64,000 nucleotides of DNA from Vampirovibrionaceae bacterium NZW_1234 (GTDB lineage Bacteria > Cyanobacteriota > Vampirovibrionia > Vampirovibrionales > JAGQHJ01), in assembly GCA_041697335.1 (NCBI GenBank), contig JBGUGD010000035.1, positions 128,001 to 192,000 on the forward strand. Reading direction: 5' to 3'. The notes under the pieces are model-generated. The model was not told the origin of the DNA. It saw nothing but the letters and a program-made list of their open reading frames with translations, and did no database searches. Positions 38,674 to 48,270 of this stretch are shown one piece after another (the first letter of the stretch is position 1; the number at the start of each line of letters is the position of its first letter). The translations under genes and the position numbers were made by a program.

Positions 38674-39830
38674 TGGCGCTTCCTGGCCGGCTTAAAGTTC
38701 TCACGGTGTTTGGCACTCGCCCAGAAGCCATCAAAATGGCTCCTGTGGTTCAGGCTTTACAAGCCCATCCCGACGAGTTTGAATCAGTCCTGTGTGTCAC
38801 AGCCCAACACCGAGAAATGTTGGATCAAGTACTCCACTTGTTTCAACTCAAACCTGATGTCGATTTGAATCTGATGCAGCCGAATCAGGACCTTTATGAT
38901 TTGACTTCTCGGGTCCTGCTGGGCATGCGAGACGTCTTAGCGACTCACCAGCCTGACGTGGTGCTGGTCCATGGGGACACAACAACGACTATGGCTACAA
39001 GCCTGGCTGCCTTTTATGCCAAAATCCCTGTAGGCCATATTGAAGCTGGCTTACGAACCTTTGATAAATACTACCCCTTTCCAGAAGAAATTAATCGGGT
39101 CATCACTGACAGTATCGCTACATTATTCTTTGCCCCTACAGAGCGGTCTCGTCAAAACCTTCTCAATTCGGGGGTACCAGATGAAGCAATCATTCTGACA
39201 GGCAACACAGTGATTGACGCCTTATTTTATACACTGCAAAAAACTCAGGATACCCTTCTTCCCTGGAGCCCGGATCCCCATAAGCGGATGATTTTGGTCA
39301 CTGTACATCGTCGGGAAAACTTTGGCTCTCCGCTAATTGAAATTTGTGAAGCCCTTCAAACCATTGTCGATTCTCACCCGGATGTTGAATTGGTTCTTCC
39401 AGTCCACCCGAATCCTAATGTACGCTCCACAGTACAAGCAATGCTTAATAATCGGCCTCGTATTCACCTGATCGAGCCTTTGGAATATGCTCCGTTTTGT
39501 CAACTCATGAGCCGCTCTCACCTAATTCTGACGGATTCGGGCGGCATCCAAGAAGAAGCGCCCTCCTTACAGAAACCGGTCTTAGTTTTACGAGATGAAA
39601 CCGAGCGCCCAGAAGCTGTCGAGATGGGCACTGTAAAACTGATTGGCCCCCATCGCGATAAACTCATTGCCGAAGTCCATCGTTTGCTGACGGACAAAAC
39701 GGCTTACGATCAGATGGCCAAAGCGGTTAATCCTTATGGTGACGGCCAAGCTGCAGAGCGCACCCTTGATGCACTGAGACGCTTCCAGCAGCGGAAATTA
39801 GGAGCCTTAAGCACAGCTCAGTCTGGCTAG
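38673..39830 (+). CDS. wecB: UDP-N-acetylglucosamine 2-epimerase (non-hydrolysing)
   Basis: FGTRPEAIKMAP, HGDTTT, HIEAGLR, PEEINR, HRREN, TDSGGIQEEAP, NPYGDG. Confidence 0.95.
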   Translation: MALPGRLKVLTVFGTRPEAIKMAPVVQALQAHPDEFESVLCVTAQHREMLDQVLHLFQLKPDVDLNLMQPNQDLYDLTSRVLLGMRDVLATHQPDVVLVHGDTTTTMATSLAAFYAKIPVGHIEAGLRTFDKYYPFPEEINRVITDSIATLFFAPTERSRQNLLNSGVPDEAIILTGNTVIDALFYTLQKTQDTLLPWSPDPHKRMILVTVHRRENFGSPLIEICEALQTIVDSHPDVELVLPVHPNPNVRSTVQAMLNNRPRIHLIEPLEYAPFCQLMSRSHLILTDSGGIQEEAPSLQKPVLVLRDETERPEAVEMGTVKLIGPHRDKLIAEVHRLLTDKTAYDQMAKAVNPYGDGQAAERTLDALRRFQQRKLGALSTAQSG

Positions 39831-39876
39831 GGTCTATTTCCGACAATATTCATGAATGCCAAGGTATGAGACAAAT

Positions 39877-40152
39877 CTATCGCTGCATCTCAGCTTGGAG
39901 AGCGACCCCAGAGATTTCGGTGTCTTGGAGACACACTTTCTTCAAAGGACCAGCGCCAGGCTTCTCGATGAGCTTGGGGGCACTAGGGTTCGCTTGCTGG
40001 ATATGCCGCTTAATTTCTTCGTACAACGAAACAGGGTTATCGCTATAGAGCACCACAGGGGCCGCTAGGGACTTTACAAAAACTAAAACTGTAAAATTGG
40101 TTGGGGCTTGTTGCTGCTGGGGCATGCCGGGGTTTGGATTCATGGATCCCAT
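39877..40152 (-). CDS. Hypothetical protein with Pro/Gln-rich N-terminus
   Basis: 91-aa ORF, purine-rich leader, follows tRNA-Met. Confidence 0.65.
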   Translation of the reverse strand: MGSMNPNPGMPQQQQAPTNFTVLVFVKSLAAPVVLYSDNPVSLYEEIKRHIQQANPSAPKLIEKPGAGPLKKVCLQDTEISGVALQAEMQR

Positions 40153-40215
40153 TGGTGTCTCTCTCGCATCGTTGTTAATATATAGAAGATTTACAAAGGG
40201 CTGAAGAAAAAACTA

Positions 40216-40289
40216 TGGCATAGGCAGGATTCGAACCTGCGACACCGCGGGTATGAACCGCGTGCTCTAGCCAACTGAGCTACTATGCC
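40216..40289 (-). tRNA. trnM: tRNA-Met (CAT), elongator type; CCA not encoded
   Basis: GGCATAG/CTATGCC acceptor, AGCTCAGTTGG D arm, CGCGG-TTCATAC-CCGCG anticodon arm, GTTCGAATC T loop. Confidence 0.93.
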
Positions 40290-40394
40290 ATGCAGCATCC
40301 TGTGCAAGAATTTATTATTGGTCTAAATGAAGCAGAAAGTCAACAAACTCGGCTGCTATAATGAGAAGACGAGAAAACATAGAGAAGGCATTTC

Positions 40395-40751
40395 ATGAAC
40401 TCTTCAGAGCCAAAACGCTGGTATGATCAAGATCCTGCTCTCAAGCAAGCCTTAGAATGCCTAAGCAAAGCCTCTGACAAGTACCAAGCTCAAATTGCAC
40501 TCAATATTATTTTAGTCATTGTTGAACATCAAATTGAAACTCGAAGCCTTACACGCGTCGATGATCTCATCCAGTCCATTCAAACCTCGAATACTATCTC
40601 GCAGCAGTATTTTCGACGTTGGTATGATGTTAATGAAAGCCTCAGAGCCGCTATGCAAATGCTCCAAGACTGCCCAGCCGATGTTCAAAAGAAGGTTATA
40701 CCCGATATCTGTCGATTGGTGGAAGATACCTTAAACTCTGCTTACGAATAG
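40395..40751 (+). CDS. Hypothetical protein with two RWYD repeats
   Basis: KRWYDQDPALK and RRWYDVNESLR; TATAAT upstream. Confidence 0.75.
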   Translation: MNSSEPKRWYDQDPALKQALECLSKASDKYQAQIALNIILVIVEHQIETRSLTRVDDLIQSIQTSNTISQQYFRRWYDVNESLRAAMQMLQDCPADVQKKVIPDICRLVEDTLNSAYE

Positions 40752-40879
40752 CCTTATTTTTCGCATTCATAAGAGGTTCTGTTAATACTTTGCAACAAAG
40801 TATCATCAGTTTCTCATTAGATTGTTTTTATATAAATACAGTATTATTTTTTGGAATTGGAGTTTTAGGAGACCTACCC

Positions 40880-41389
40880 ATGCAATTTCCAATGATGCAA
40901 CAGCCAACTTTGCGCCCTGTTGGCTACGCCTTGGTCCCTACAGGCCAGCAGCAACCTCGCCAACCAGCATTTTCAGGTTTTCCCCAACAGCAATTTTCTC
41001 CCCAGCAATCTGCATTTCCGATGCTGGCTCAGTTCCCAAACCTGATTGGGCAATTTCCTCAATCCTTTGGGCAATCACCACAATCGTTTTTCCCGCAGCA
41101 ACAGATGCCGCAATTCCGCCCCCCTCAATTCGGCCCCATGCAACCTGGACTGCCTTTCGGCGGCTATCCTTCGCAAGTGGGCGGATTCGGTCAATTTGGC
41201 CCTGCCATGGCTGGCGGATTTCCGCCACAACAAGGAGGGTTTGGCCAATTTGGACCTTCAATGGGCAGTGGCAATCGCGTGGACTTCAGACCGGTTATTG
41301 TCCAGAACCAAAGCAACTCAGCACCCTTGGGCTCTGCCGGTATCAATGCCACGATGTCTGCACAAGCGGCCCTCGGCTACAACGCTTAA
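40880..41389 (+). CDS. Low-complexity Gln/Pro/Gly/Phe-rich protein
   Basis: AGGAGA SD, repeated PQQ/FGQFGP, downstream hairpin. Confidence 0.75.
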   Translation: MQFPMMQQPTLRPVGYALVPTGQQQPRQPAFSGFPQQQFSPQQSAFPMLAQFPNLIGQFPQSFGQSPQSFFPQQQMPQFRPPQFGPMQPGLPFGGYPSQVGGFGQFGPAMAGGFPPQQGGFGQFGPSMGSGNRVDFRPVIVQNQSNSAPLGSAGINATMSAQAALGYNA

Positions 41390-41421
41390 GACTCCCCCCT
41401 TTTCCAGAAATCCAATTCCAA

Positions 41422-41453
41422 ATCAAACGCTCCGAAGCCTCGGAGCGTTTGAT
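41422..41453. terminator. Hairpin between convergent genes
   Basis: ATCAAACGCTCCGA-AGCC-TCGGAGCGTTTGAT perfect 14-bp stem. Confidence 0.7.
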
Positions 41454-41479
41454 GCTTTAAAATCATACAGACAAAGAAG

Positions 41480-42364
41480 TTATAACGTTGCTACTGGAAT
41501 TCCTTGTAAGTCAAAGGTCTCTTTAATACGGCGCAAATAATTCCGACGCAAGCTATCCTGATGATTCGGCAAGGTCTTGGCATATACCTTAACGACCATC
41601 CCACGAGCCCGCAGCGCATCCACCCCTAACAGCGTAGGCCCTTCGACTAACTCCTTGCTAAAATCCCGAGTAAACTGCTGATGCAATTTGTTCAACTGCG
41701 AATACAGACTTTCAACTGTGAGCTCTGGAGCAAAAAACTCCAAGGTAACCACCATTCCCGAACGCTCACGGGTATAAACCACAACCTTTGAAGCTTCGCC
41801 CGAAGGAATTACATGCACGCGCTGCTCCAAATCTCGCAAAGTAATTGCCCGTAAGGTCATCTTTTCTACTTGCCCGATCGCCTCCCCAATTTTCACCACA
41901 TCCCCAATCCCAAACTGATTCTCGAGAATAATACAAAACCCATAAAATAAATCTTTTACTAGCGTTTGCGTCCCCAAACCGATAGCCACACCTAAAATAC
42001 TGGCCCCTGCCAGAAAGGGAAGCAGATTAATCCCCATTTCTCCCAGAATTAAGAGACCAGTCCCCACCATCACAACTGACATCAAGACATTTCGGAGAAT
42101 TGTTGCAATCGTTTCCACCCGCTTTGCACTGGGGCTTACGACCAAAGAAACATCATTTCCAATATATAGCTTACGATACCGCTCAATAATCCCGGTTATT
42201 ACTTTCAACGTCAGGCCACTGATAAGCAAGATCACAGAAATACGAATTAAACTGGCCCAAATATCGTCTACCGAGGTCCAAACATGGGTTTCCAGAGTTT
42301 TCAAATTGCTAGGGGGGTGCCCGGAGATGGCTCGAATTAGGGAATTGACCAAATCTGTAGGCAT
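41480..42364 (-). CDS. mscS: Small-conductance mechanosensitive channel family protein
   Basis: GASILGVAIGLGTQTLVKD, ENQFGIGDVV, GQVEKMTLR; start uncertain. Confidence 0.85.
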   Translation of the reverse strand: MPTDLVNSLIRAISGHPPSNLKTLETHVWTSVDDIWASLIRISVILLISGLTLKVITGIIERYRKLYIGNDVSLVVSPSAKRVETIATILRNVLMSVVMVGTGLLILGEMGINLLPFLAGASILGVAIGLGTQTLVKDLFYGFCIILENQFGIGDVVKIGEAIGQVEKMTLRAITLRDLEQRVHVIPSGEASKVVVYTRERSGMVVTLEFFAPELTVESLYSQLNKLHQQFTRDFSKELVEGPTLLGVDALRARGMVVKVYAKTLPNHQDSLRRNYLRRIKETFDLQGIPVATL

Positions 42365-42585
42365 TTTATCCTCAAGAATTGAATAGGCTATGTTGCCCAC
42401 CTCTAAGAACGACAAGCACAAGGAGAGCTTTTTTAGATATACCATTCCATGAAATTCGGGGCAACTTTCCACGTCCCTTCCGATACCCTCTGGACAGATT
42501 TCGCAGATCCACTGCCTTTATGTCATAATGCGAAAAATAAACTTTTGAATCGTGAGGATTCAAACATACTGGAAAGGATGTGCAT

Positions 42586-43701
42586 ATGGTGGTAAAAACT
42601 TTAGGCGAACTGGCTGAACTCTTGTCCTGTGATATGGTTGGAGATGCATCTCAAGCCATTGAACAGGTAGTCCACCCCAAATTTGCATCTGGCCCCCAAG
42701 ACTTAGCTTTGCTTTTGGATAAAAGTCTTTTAGAGTCCCTTGAACAACATTCCCTTCAAACAGTTTTGCTTCCGGCGGATCTGGATTTACCTCAAATTCC
42801 CAATCGTTTACTTGTCAAACGCCCTAAAGTTGCCCTTGCAATTCTGCTGGATATCTATGAGAAGCCCACTTACGTGGCTCCGGGCATTCACCCTTCTGCC
42901 GTGATTGATCCGACTGCGCTAATTGAAGACGATGTTTCCATTGGCCCCTTATGCGTTGTGGGCCCAAGGACACATATTGGCACTGGAACAAAACTTGTCG
43001 CAAACGTGACTATAGGGGCTGATGTCGTTATCGGATCAGACTGTTTTTTCCATCCTGGTGTCGTGATTGGTGACCGGGTTCACATCGGGCATCGCAATAT
43101 CCTCCATCCCAATGCCAGTATTGGCAATGACGGCTTCAGCTTTGTTACACCGGAAGCAGGCAGCGTCGAAGCGGCGCGGGCACGGGGCAAAGTAGATGCC
43201 CAGAATACCCACTTACTGCGCATTAATTCAATTGGTACCGTAATACTCGAAGATGACGTAGAAATTGGAGCCAACAGTTGTGTTGACAGGGCCACCCTTG
43301 GGGAAACCCGCATCAAACGAGGCTCTAAACTGGATAACCAGGTTCAAATTGCTCATAATGTTGTCTTAGGTGAAAACTGCCTACTGGCAGCCCAAGTTGG
43401 CATTGCGGGAAGTACGACCATTGGCAATCGCGTGGTCATGGCCGGTCAAGCAGGCGTCAAAGATCATGCAACTATTGGTGATGATGTCATTGTCATGGGC
43501 AAATCTGGCATTGCCAGTGATGTGGTTGAACCTAAAACCATTATTGCCGGCGTCCATGGCATGCCCCACCGAGAGTATCTGCGTTATGAAATGGGGTTAA
43601 AGCGTGCTGCGGCGCTCCCACCCAAGGTAAAAGAATTAACATCCCGCCTTGAGGCGTTGGAAAAGAAATTACATGAGCTGGAGGCCCACCAGCCGGTATG
43701 A
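42586..43701 (+). CDS. lpxD: UDP-3-O-acylglucosamine N-acyltransferase
   Basis: Hexapeptide repeats, DGFSF, EIGANSCVDR, KLDNQVQIAHNV. Confidence 0.95.
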   Translation: MVVKTLGELAELLSCDMVGDASQAIEQVVHPKFASGPQDLALLLDKSLLESLEQHSLQTVLLPADLDLPQIPNRLLVKRPKVALAILLDIYEKPTYVAPGIHPSAVIDPTALIEDDVSIGPLCVVGPRTHIGTGTKLVANVTIGADVVIGSDCFFHPGVVIGDRVHIGHRNILHPNASIGNDGFSFVTPEAGSVEAARARGKVDAQNTHLLRINSIGTVILEDDVEIGANSCVDRATLGETRIKRGSKLDNQVQIAHNVVLGENCLLAAQVGIAGSTTIGNRVVMAGQAGVKDHATIGDDVIVMGKSGIASDVVEPKTIIAGVHGMPHREYLRYEMGLKRAAALPPKVKELTSRLEALEKKLHELEAHQPV

Positions 43702-44528
43702 CCTCCCCAACGGTTGCCACAATCAAGGGAAACGGGCTTATTACCGGGCTCCCAATTACAGCTTCTGTGACCCCAAGGCCTGAGGGGTCCGGAATTAGGT
43801 TTGTTTCTGAAGGAATAACTTTTCCAGCAAGCGCCACCTATGTGGTTGATGCGAACCGGGGCGTAACGCTTGGGCTCGACGGTAAAACGCTAAGCATTGT
43901 AGAACACTTTTTGGCAGCCTGCGCCATAACCCAACGCCTTGATCTGTGTCTTACCTTAGAGGGAGGCCCTGAACTCCCCTTATTAGATGGCTCGGCTCAA
44001 GACTGGGCTTCTTTTTTGATAGCCAACTTACCGGCTCGCTCCCAATCCCAAACGCTCTGCCTAACGGCGCCTGTTCGCTACCAAGATCCTAAAAATCCCG
44101 ATATTTTTATTACTGCTTTTCCCTCGGACACGCTGGGGATCACATACCTAATGAACTTTAATCATCCCAGCCTGAGAAGCCGCTGGTGGCGCTGGACATC
44201 AGCAACATCAGGATCTTTGTTGGAAACCGTAGCTCCGGCCCGAACCTTTGGATTTGTTTCGGATTTACCCAAACTCCAGGCTCAAGGCATGGCCCTTGGT
44301 GTAACGGAGGAAAACACCTTGGGGCTTTTAGATGACGGCGGGCTGACCTCGGATCTTCGGCTGGAAGATGAACCTCTTCGACATAAGGTTCTCGATTTGA
44401 TTGGCGATTTAATGCTCTGCGGTATTCCGATTGAGCAACTGCGAGCAGAAATTCTTGTATCCTGTGGTGGTCACGCATCACACCTAACATTTGGTCAACA
44501 ACTATTTAAAATGCTAATCCCTGTTTAG
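43698..44528 (+). CDS. lpxC: UDP-3-O-acyl-GlcNAc deacetylase
   Basis: IVEHFLAA, ELPLLDGSA, PARTFGF, RHKVLDLIGDL, GGH. Confidence 0.92.
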   Translation: MTSPTVATIKGNGLITGLPITASVTPRPEGSGIRFVSEGITFPASATYVVDANRGVTLGLDGKTLSIVEHFLAACAITQRLDLCLTLEGGPELPLLDGSAQDWASFLIANLPARSQSQTLCLTAPVRYQDPKNPDIFITAFPSDTLGITYLMNFNHPSLRSRWWRWTSATSGSLLETVAPARTFGFVSDLPKLQAQGMALGVTEENTLGLLDDGGLTSDLRLEDEPLRHKVLDLIGDLMLCGIPIEQLRAEILVSCGGHASHLTFGQQLFKMLIPV

Positions 44529-44565
44529 AATACCTCTCCGATCCCTGTTTTCATTTCAAAAGGGG

Positions 44566-44593
44566 TTGCAAAATGAGATGACTCCGCTATAAT
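44566..44593 (+). promoter_or_regulatory. Sigma-70-type promoter of the leader-aroF-tyrA operon
   Basis: TTGCAA-N16-TATAAT. Confidence 0.6.
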
Positions 44594-44653
44594 GAAGCCA
44601 ATATTCAATTTTATTGCGCTTTGAAACTAAATTTGATTGGAGCTTTTGATCCA

Positions 44654-44767
44654 ATGGCACAACGCCAGTTTAATCTAACTAACACCCGATGGTTCGTTTC
44701 CCAAAACGACCGGGTTTCTGGCGTTTATTTTTATAGCTATTTTTATTTCCTCGGCAGAGGGCAATAG
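44654..44767 (+). CDS. Tyr/Phe attenuator leader peptide (37 aa)
   Basis: MAQRQFNLTNTRWFVSQNDRVSGVYFYSYFYFLGRGQ; GGAG SD; 7 of 8 consecutive codons are Tyr/Phe. Confidence 0.85.
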   Translation: MAQRQFNLTNTRWFVSQNDRVSGVYFYSYFYFLGRGQ

Positions 44768-44793
44768 CGGCATTTACAACACAAAAAGTTTAC

Positions 44794-44838
44794 AAACCGC
44801 TGAACCCTCTGACAAAAAACAGGTTCAGCGGTTTTTCT
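44794..44838 (+). terminator. Attenuator terminator upstream of aroF
   Basis: AAACCGCTGAACC...GGTTCAGCGGTTT plus T-run; mutually exclusive with antiterminator 44755-44811. Confidence 0.85.
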
Positions 44839-44881
44839 GATGTTACCCCCTCATCAAAAACCCCTGAAAGGAGTCCCCATA

Positions 44882-45736
44882 ATGACAACTCGTAAAGCCT
44901 TACACCTCAACCAAGAGTCTAAGACGACCACTAGTGTCGCTATTAATGACACAATCTGCTGTGGCAACACTGATTTATGGATTGTGGCTGGCCCTTGTGC
45001 CGTGGAAGGCCTGACTCAATTAGAGCAAGTCAGCCAAGCCCTCATAAAAAATGGGGTCACTTCTATCCGCGGAGGGGCATTTAAGCCTCGTACGTCACCC
45101 TACACCTTCCAGGGACATGGGACCGAAGGTCTCGAAATGCTGGATGAAATGCGTCGTCTGCATGGCTTGGCTGTTGTCACGGAAGTGATGGCGATTGATC
45201 AAATTGATGCCGTTGCACAGCATGCCGATGTGCTCCAGGTGGGCAGTCGCAATATGCAAAACTTTGATCTTTTGAAAGCCTTGGGCACGATTGATAAACC
45301 CATCCTCCTCAAGCGAGGTCTTGCCGCAACGCTGGATGAGTTCCTCTGGTCTGCCGAATATATTATTGCTGGCGGAAACGAGCGAGTGATTCTGTGTGAA
45401 CGAGGCATTCGGAGTTTTGATTCTGAAACCCGCAATGTTTTGGACCTAGGAGGTGTTGCTGTCTTAAAAGAAAAAAGTCACTTGCCCGTTATCGTTGATC
45501 CGAGTCACGCTGCCGGTCGTCGAGACATCATCCCCGCCTTGTCACGAGCTGCCTTAGCTGTTGGAGCCGATGGTTTAATCGTCGAGATCCACCCCGTCCC
45601 GGATAAATCGGTCAGCGATGCCAGCCAAGCTTTATCTTTAGACGCCTTTGATAATTTGATGCAAGAACTGGCTCCTATTGCCAATGCCATGGGCCGCTCT
45701 TTGGTTCAACGACAAGACGTATCGGTTCGGGCGTGA
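44882..45736 (+). CDS. aroF: DAHP synthase, class I-beta, no N-terminal regulatory domain seen
   Basis: AGPCAVE, RGGAFKPRTSPYTFQG, QVGSRNMQNF, LCERGIR, DPSHA; AAAGGAG SD. Confidence 0.93.
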   Translation: MTTRKALHLNQESKTTTSVAINDTICCGNTDLWIVAGPCAVEGLTQLEQVSQALIKNGVTSIRGGAFKPRTSPYTFQGHGTEGLEMLDEMRRLHGLAVVTEVMAIDQIDAVAQHADVLQVGSRNMQNFDLLKALGTIDKPILLKRGLAATLDEFLWSAEYIIAGGNERVILCERGIRSFDSETRNVLDLGGVAVLKEKSHLPVIVDPSHAAGRRDIIPALSRAALAVGADGLIVEIHPVPDKSVSDASQALSLDAFDNLMQELAPIANAMGRSLVQRQDVSVRA

Positions 45737-46632
45737 TGTCGACTGAAAACCCTAGCGCGTTTAATACAATTGCCATTATTGGCCTCGGCCTGATTGGAGG
45801 CTCCTTAGCCAGGCTGATTCGTCATCAAACTCCCCAGGTTCGTATATTCGGCTTGGATCAACCATCAGTGGTCACCCAAGCTTTAGTTGAAGGCGTTCTG
45901 ACAGATGCATTGACGGATCTGTCCGATCCCCGGTTACATGAAGCAGACCTGATTGTCATTGGGACCCACCCCCACCAAAGTTACACCCTCTTACAATCTT
46001 TGGCTGAATTAACGACATCAACGCTAACGATTATGGACCTGGGGAGTTCCAAAGCCACTATTTGCCGAATAGCTGAATCACTCCCGGCACATATTCAATT
46101 TATTGGTGGGCACCCTTTAGCCGGTCGGGAAATCAGTGGTTTTGACAATAGCCGCTGGGATCTCTTTTTCAAGAAACGCTTTTTGCTTTCAACCTGTGCT
46201 CGCACACCTGAGCCATTACTCTCCCAAGTTGAATCCTGGCTAAAAACGCTGGGAACCATCCCCATTGTTGTAGGAGCAGAGGACCATGATAGACTCATGG
46301 CCTTGGTCAGCCACTTTCCTCAATTTTATGCCATCGCTCTGGCTAATCTGTTAGCTCGAAACAACCCAGAAGAAGCTTTGAACTTCTTAGGTGGGGGGAT
46401 CGATGATCAAATGCGGCTGATGATCAGCCCCTTCGAGATCTGGCATGACGTCTTTGAAGACAATCGAGCCCATATGAATACCATGCTCGATCAATTCATC
46501 GCCATCCTGACCCAGATGAAAACCGATTTAAACCAAGATTCTCTGGCTTCCTGGTTTGAAACCAGCCATTCCATTTATCATATGTATCAAGAGCATAAAG
46601 CAGCTCAATACCGTGTTTTTTCCGAGAACTGA
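45733..46632 (+). CDS. tyrA: Prephenate/arogenate dehydrogenase
   Basis: GLGLIGGS, DLGSSK, GGHPLAG, HDRLMALVSHFPQ. Confidence 0.9.
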   Translation: MMSTENPSAFNTIAIIGLGLIGGSLARLIRHQTPQVRIFGLDQPSVVTQALVEGVLTDALTDLSDPRLHEADLIVIGTHPHQSYTLLQSLAELTTSTLTIMDLGSSKATICRIAESLPAHIQFIGGHPLAGREISGFDNSRWDLFFKKRFLLSTCARTPEPLLSQVESWLKTLGTIPIVVGAEDHDRLMALVSHFPQFYAIALANLLARNNPEEALNFLGGGIDDQMRLMISPFEIWHDVFEDNRAHMNTMLDQFIAILTQMKTDLNQDSLASWFETSHSIYHMYQEHKAAQYRVFSEN

Positions 46633-46728
46633 ACAGGGCCTTTTCAATCAACCCACACGCCAAGCGTTCCAACATATAACCCCTAGCCTAAGCAGGGCTT
46701 GCGACCAAAAATGAACCGAGTACCAGAC

Positions 46729-47022
46729 TTAGTAAGGGTTGTTGCGCTGAGCTTCTTGCTGCTTTTTTAAATTCTCTTGGGCCTGTTTTTTCATCGCCAG
46801 ATAGGCTTCAAACATCACTTTGGAGTGCTCTGCTTCAATCTCAGAGGCCAAGCCCATTTGACCAAACCGAACCGTATCGGCCGGGGTCAATCGTCCAGCA
46901 ATGGCGTCATTGGCAGCCTGATTTGCCAAACCCAACTGCGCATTCATCGCTTGGTAACCACGCATTTGGAAATGGTTGGCACCGGATATGGATTGATACA
47001 TTTGCATGAGGGGGAGAATCAT
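46729..47022 (-). CDS. Hypothetical Gln/Ala-rich protein
   Basis: GGAGGT SD upstream of the ATG. Confidence 0.7.
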   Translation of the reverse strand: MILPLMQMYQSISGANHFQMRGYQAMNAQLGLANQAANDAIAGRLTPADTVRFGQMGLASEIEAEHSKVMFEAYLAMKKQAQENLKKQQEAQRNNPY

Positions 47023-47256
47023 GGATCAGAACACCTCCTACGCCCTTTGTAATAAGTCAAAATAGTGACTATACTTCCTTATAGTATCGGATCGATCGGG
47101 GTTTGGCAAGCACATATTGCCAATCTTAGTACTATTCCCATGGTTTATTAAACAACCAGACTATCTCCCATTGCCACCTCGGCTAGACCTCGGGGCCTAC
47201 GGCTTCAGATGCCCTCTCCATGCAAGAATGCTATAATGCCACCTGGAGAACACGTT

Positions 47257-48198
47257 ATGTCACATTCACCGATCTTTACCATTGATTCCTTTCCGACCCC
47301 CAGTGGTCCTCTACGCTATGGAATTGTACGAGACGAGCTTCGTTCAGCTGAAAAACCGGCTCGCCCTGTTGTCTTCGTTCCTGGCCTTGGAGGCTCCGTC
47401 AAAAACGCCCTCAGTTTTATGCGTCTCATGGCCCAAGAATTTGGCGTGGTCTACAGCTTGGACGCACGAGGCTTTGGCATTAATGAAGGTCGAAAGCCAA
47501 CCCCCAACCCCTCAGCCTATCTCAAGGATTTTCAAAAGTTCATTTTATACTTGCAGCAAATCAATGCTATTGATGAAAATAATAAGCCAATCATTATTGG
47601 TATCAGCTTGGGAAGTGTATTATCGACCCTCTTTACGACAAGCTATCAACACCCGTTCACTGCTCAAATCCTTGTTGCACCCGCTTTTCGACCACACCCT
47701 CAGTTGTTTGACACGAGTTTTAAACTCAAAAACTATTCCCAAGTCTTCATTAAAGGCCCTTGGGCCTTAACTCGCCTACCCTACGGGATTCAGGACTTGA
47801 CCCGTAATGCGGACTTATATAACGACCCCTTGTTCCAGGATCCACTGGTCTTGCCGACGTTTTACCTCTTTTTCGTTGACCTGCTATGCCGCAAGGCCCT
47901 GTCTCGCTGTAAGCGAATTGCCATTCCCACAGCCGTGGTCGTTCCGGAGAAAGACTCCATTTGCGATCCGGTCACTATGACCCAAGCCTGTAAATGCATT
48001 AACCATCCTCAAACCCGGCTCCTGAATTATCCTGACCTTTATCATGATGTTTTCATGGAGCCAGAAGAAGACCAACGCCATGTTGTGACAGACTTGGTTC
48101 ACTGGCTCAGCGACCTGGAACCCTCTCAAGATGTGCCCCATCAAGCACGTTCAACCTCGTCAACCCACCCATACTCATCATCTTCGGATCGCCTCTAA
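47257..48198 (+). CDS. Alpha/beta hydrolase (lysophospholipase-like)
   Basis: VPGLGG, DARGFG, GISLG nucleophile elbow, D and YH residues; TGCTATAAT and GGAG upstream. Confidence 0.85.
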   Translation: MSHSPIFTIDSFPTPSGPLRYGIVRDELRSAEKPARPVVFVPGLGGSVKNALSFMRLMAQEFGVVYSLDARGFGINEGRKPTPNPSAYLKDFQKFILYLQQINAIDENNKPIIIGISLGSVLSTLFTTSYQHPFTAQILVAPAFRPHPQLFDTSFKLKNYSQVFIKGPWALTRLPYGIQDLTRNADLYNDPLFQDPLVLPTFYLFFVDLLCRKALSRCKRIAIPTAVVVPEKDSICDPVTMTQACKCINHPQTRLLNYPDLYHDVFMEPEEDQRHVVTDLVHWLSDLEPSQDVPHQARSTSSTHPYSSSSDRL

Positions 48199-48270
48199 CA
48201 AAGACGGGATGCTCTGCCCTGAAAAATCCGGTATACTCATACTAAAGAGTTGGTATAAGGACAGGGTGGT

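Noticed and set aside
40216..40289. Initiator tRNA-fMet or an integration site
   Set aside because: G1-C72 is paired and the initiator GGG/CCC anticodon stem is absent; no integrase or duplicated tRNA end seen. Ile2 identity is not formally excluded.
40822..41540. Overlapping + strand ORFs of 212 and 164 aa
   Set aside because: Alternative frames of the low-complexity gene; only 40880 has a good SD and coherent composition.
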